Source: a virus
Lineage: Monodnaviria; Loebvirae; Hofneiviricota; Faserviricetes; Tubulavirales; Inoviridae
Virus record (IMG/VR): IMGVR_UViG_2695420792_000001
Coordinates: 1 to 6,287 of that record
Strand: one strand, 5' to 3'
DNA length: 6,287 nt
The notes beneath the pieces were generated by a model. It saw nothing but the letters and a program-made list of their open reading frames with translations. It was not told the DNA's origin and did no database searches. This document shows, piece by piece, positions 5,960-6,287 of this stretch. The position numbers and the translations under genes are program-made. The first letter of the stretch is position 1; each line of letters opens with the position of its first letter.

Positions 5960-6287
5960 TGAACCGCCCCGGGAATCCTGGAGACTAAACTTCCTGAGAA
6001 AGAGGTAAACAGGATGACTAAAAATACTCGTTTTTCCCCCGAAGTCCGTCAACGGGCAGTCCGTATGGTTCTGGAAAGTCAGGATGAATATGACTCACAG
6101 TGGGCGGCAATTTGTTCCATTGCCCCAAAGATTGGCTGTACGCCGGAGACTCTGCGTGTCTGGGTTCGCCAGCATGAGCGGGATACCGGGGCGGTGATGG
6201 TGGGCTCACCAGCGCTGAACGTCAGCGTCTGAAAGAGCTGGAACGTGAAAATCGTGAACTGCGCCGCAGTAACGATATCCTTCGCCA
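5960..6287 (+). mobile_element. Partial IS3-family insertion sequence (IS629/IS1203-like), orfA-proximal end; element continues beyond the window
   Basis: Terminal repeat starts TGAACCGCCCCGGG at 5960. OrfA begins at 6014 with [23 protein letters not shown]…[18 protein letters not shown], which matches my recollection of IS629 OrfA. Identical over 84 bp to the inverted copy at 1-84. Confidence 0.9.
6014..6232 (+). CDS. IS3-family transposase OrfA (helix-turn-helix N-terminal part); frame is interrupted before the leucine-zipper segment, which continues in the -1 frame from 6178 to the window end
   Basis: The ORF encodes the HTH-like N-terminus and stops at 6230-6232. The leucine-zipper-like sequence [19 protein letters not shown] is read in the -1 frame from 6229 onward. 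The two frames overlap at 6178-6232, around a G4 run at 6188-6191. Confidence 0.7.
   Translation: MTKNTRFSPEVRQRAVRMVLESQDEYDSQWAAICSIAPKIGCTPETLRVWVRQHERDTGAVMVGSPALNVSV

Noticed and set aside
5725-5988. 87-aa + strand ORF spanning the intergenic remnant and running into the right IS end
   Set aside because: It begins with GTG overlapping the gene IV stop, covers the hairpin and the 18-bp palindrome, and ends inside the IS terminal repeat (…NRPGNPGD again). I also considered that the internal ATG at 5863 (MATKLKFIRLK…) could be the displaced 5' end of gene II, but the reading phase and junction bases at 5959 and 85 do not join, so a simple single-insertion model is not supported.
6018-6209. 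63-aa minus-strand ORF antisense to IS orfA
   Set aside because: It is embedded antisense within the transposase gene and is not a known IS feature.

Overview
This window is an Ff/IKe-like filamentous phage (Inovirus) prophage segment, about 5.9 kb (85-5959), bracketed by two inverted partial copies of an IS3-family insertion sequence (IS629/IS1203-like, identified from memory of its OrfA and terminal repeat). The phage genes lie on the + strand in the canonical Ff order: a 5'-truncated replication-initiator-like gene (II), ssDNA-binding protein (V), a small membrane protein in the VII/IX position, major coat protein (VIII), adsorption protein (III), minor coat protein (VI), Zot-family assembly ATPase (I) and secretin (IV), followed by a remnant of the intergenic region. 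Window bases 1-84 are the exact reverse complement of 5960-6043, so both junctions are the same (orfA-proximal) IS end facing the phage DNA. The initiator gene is cut at its 5' end by the left IS copy and the intergenic region is cut by the right copy, so the prophage is probably replication-defective while its structural and export genes look intact. I found no tRNA, rRNA or CRISPR. All homology statements rest on recalled protein sequences (M13 pV, pVIII, pIII, pI, pIV; IS629 OrfA), not on a database search.
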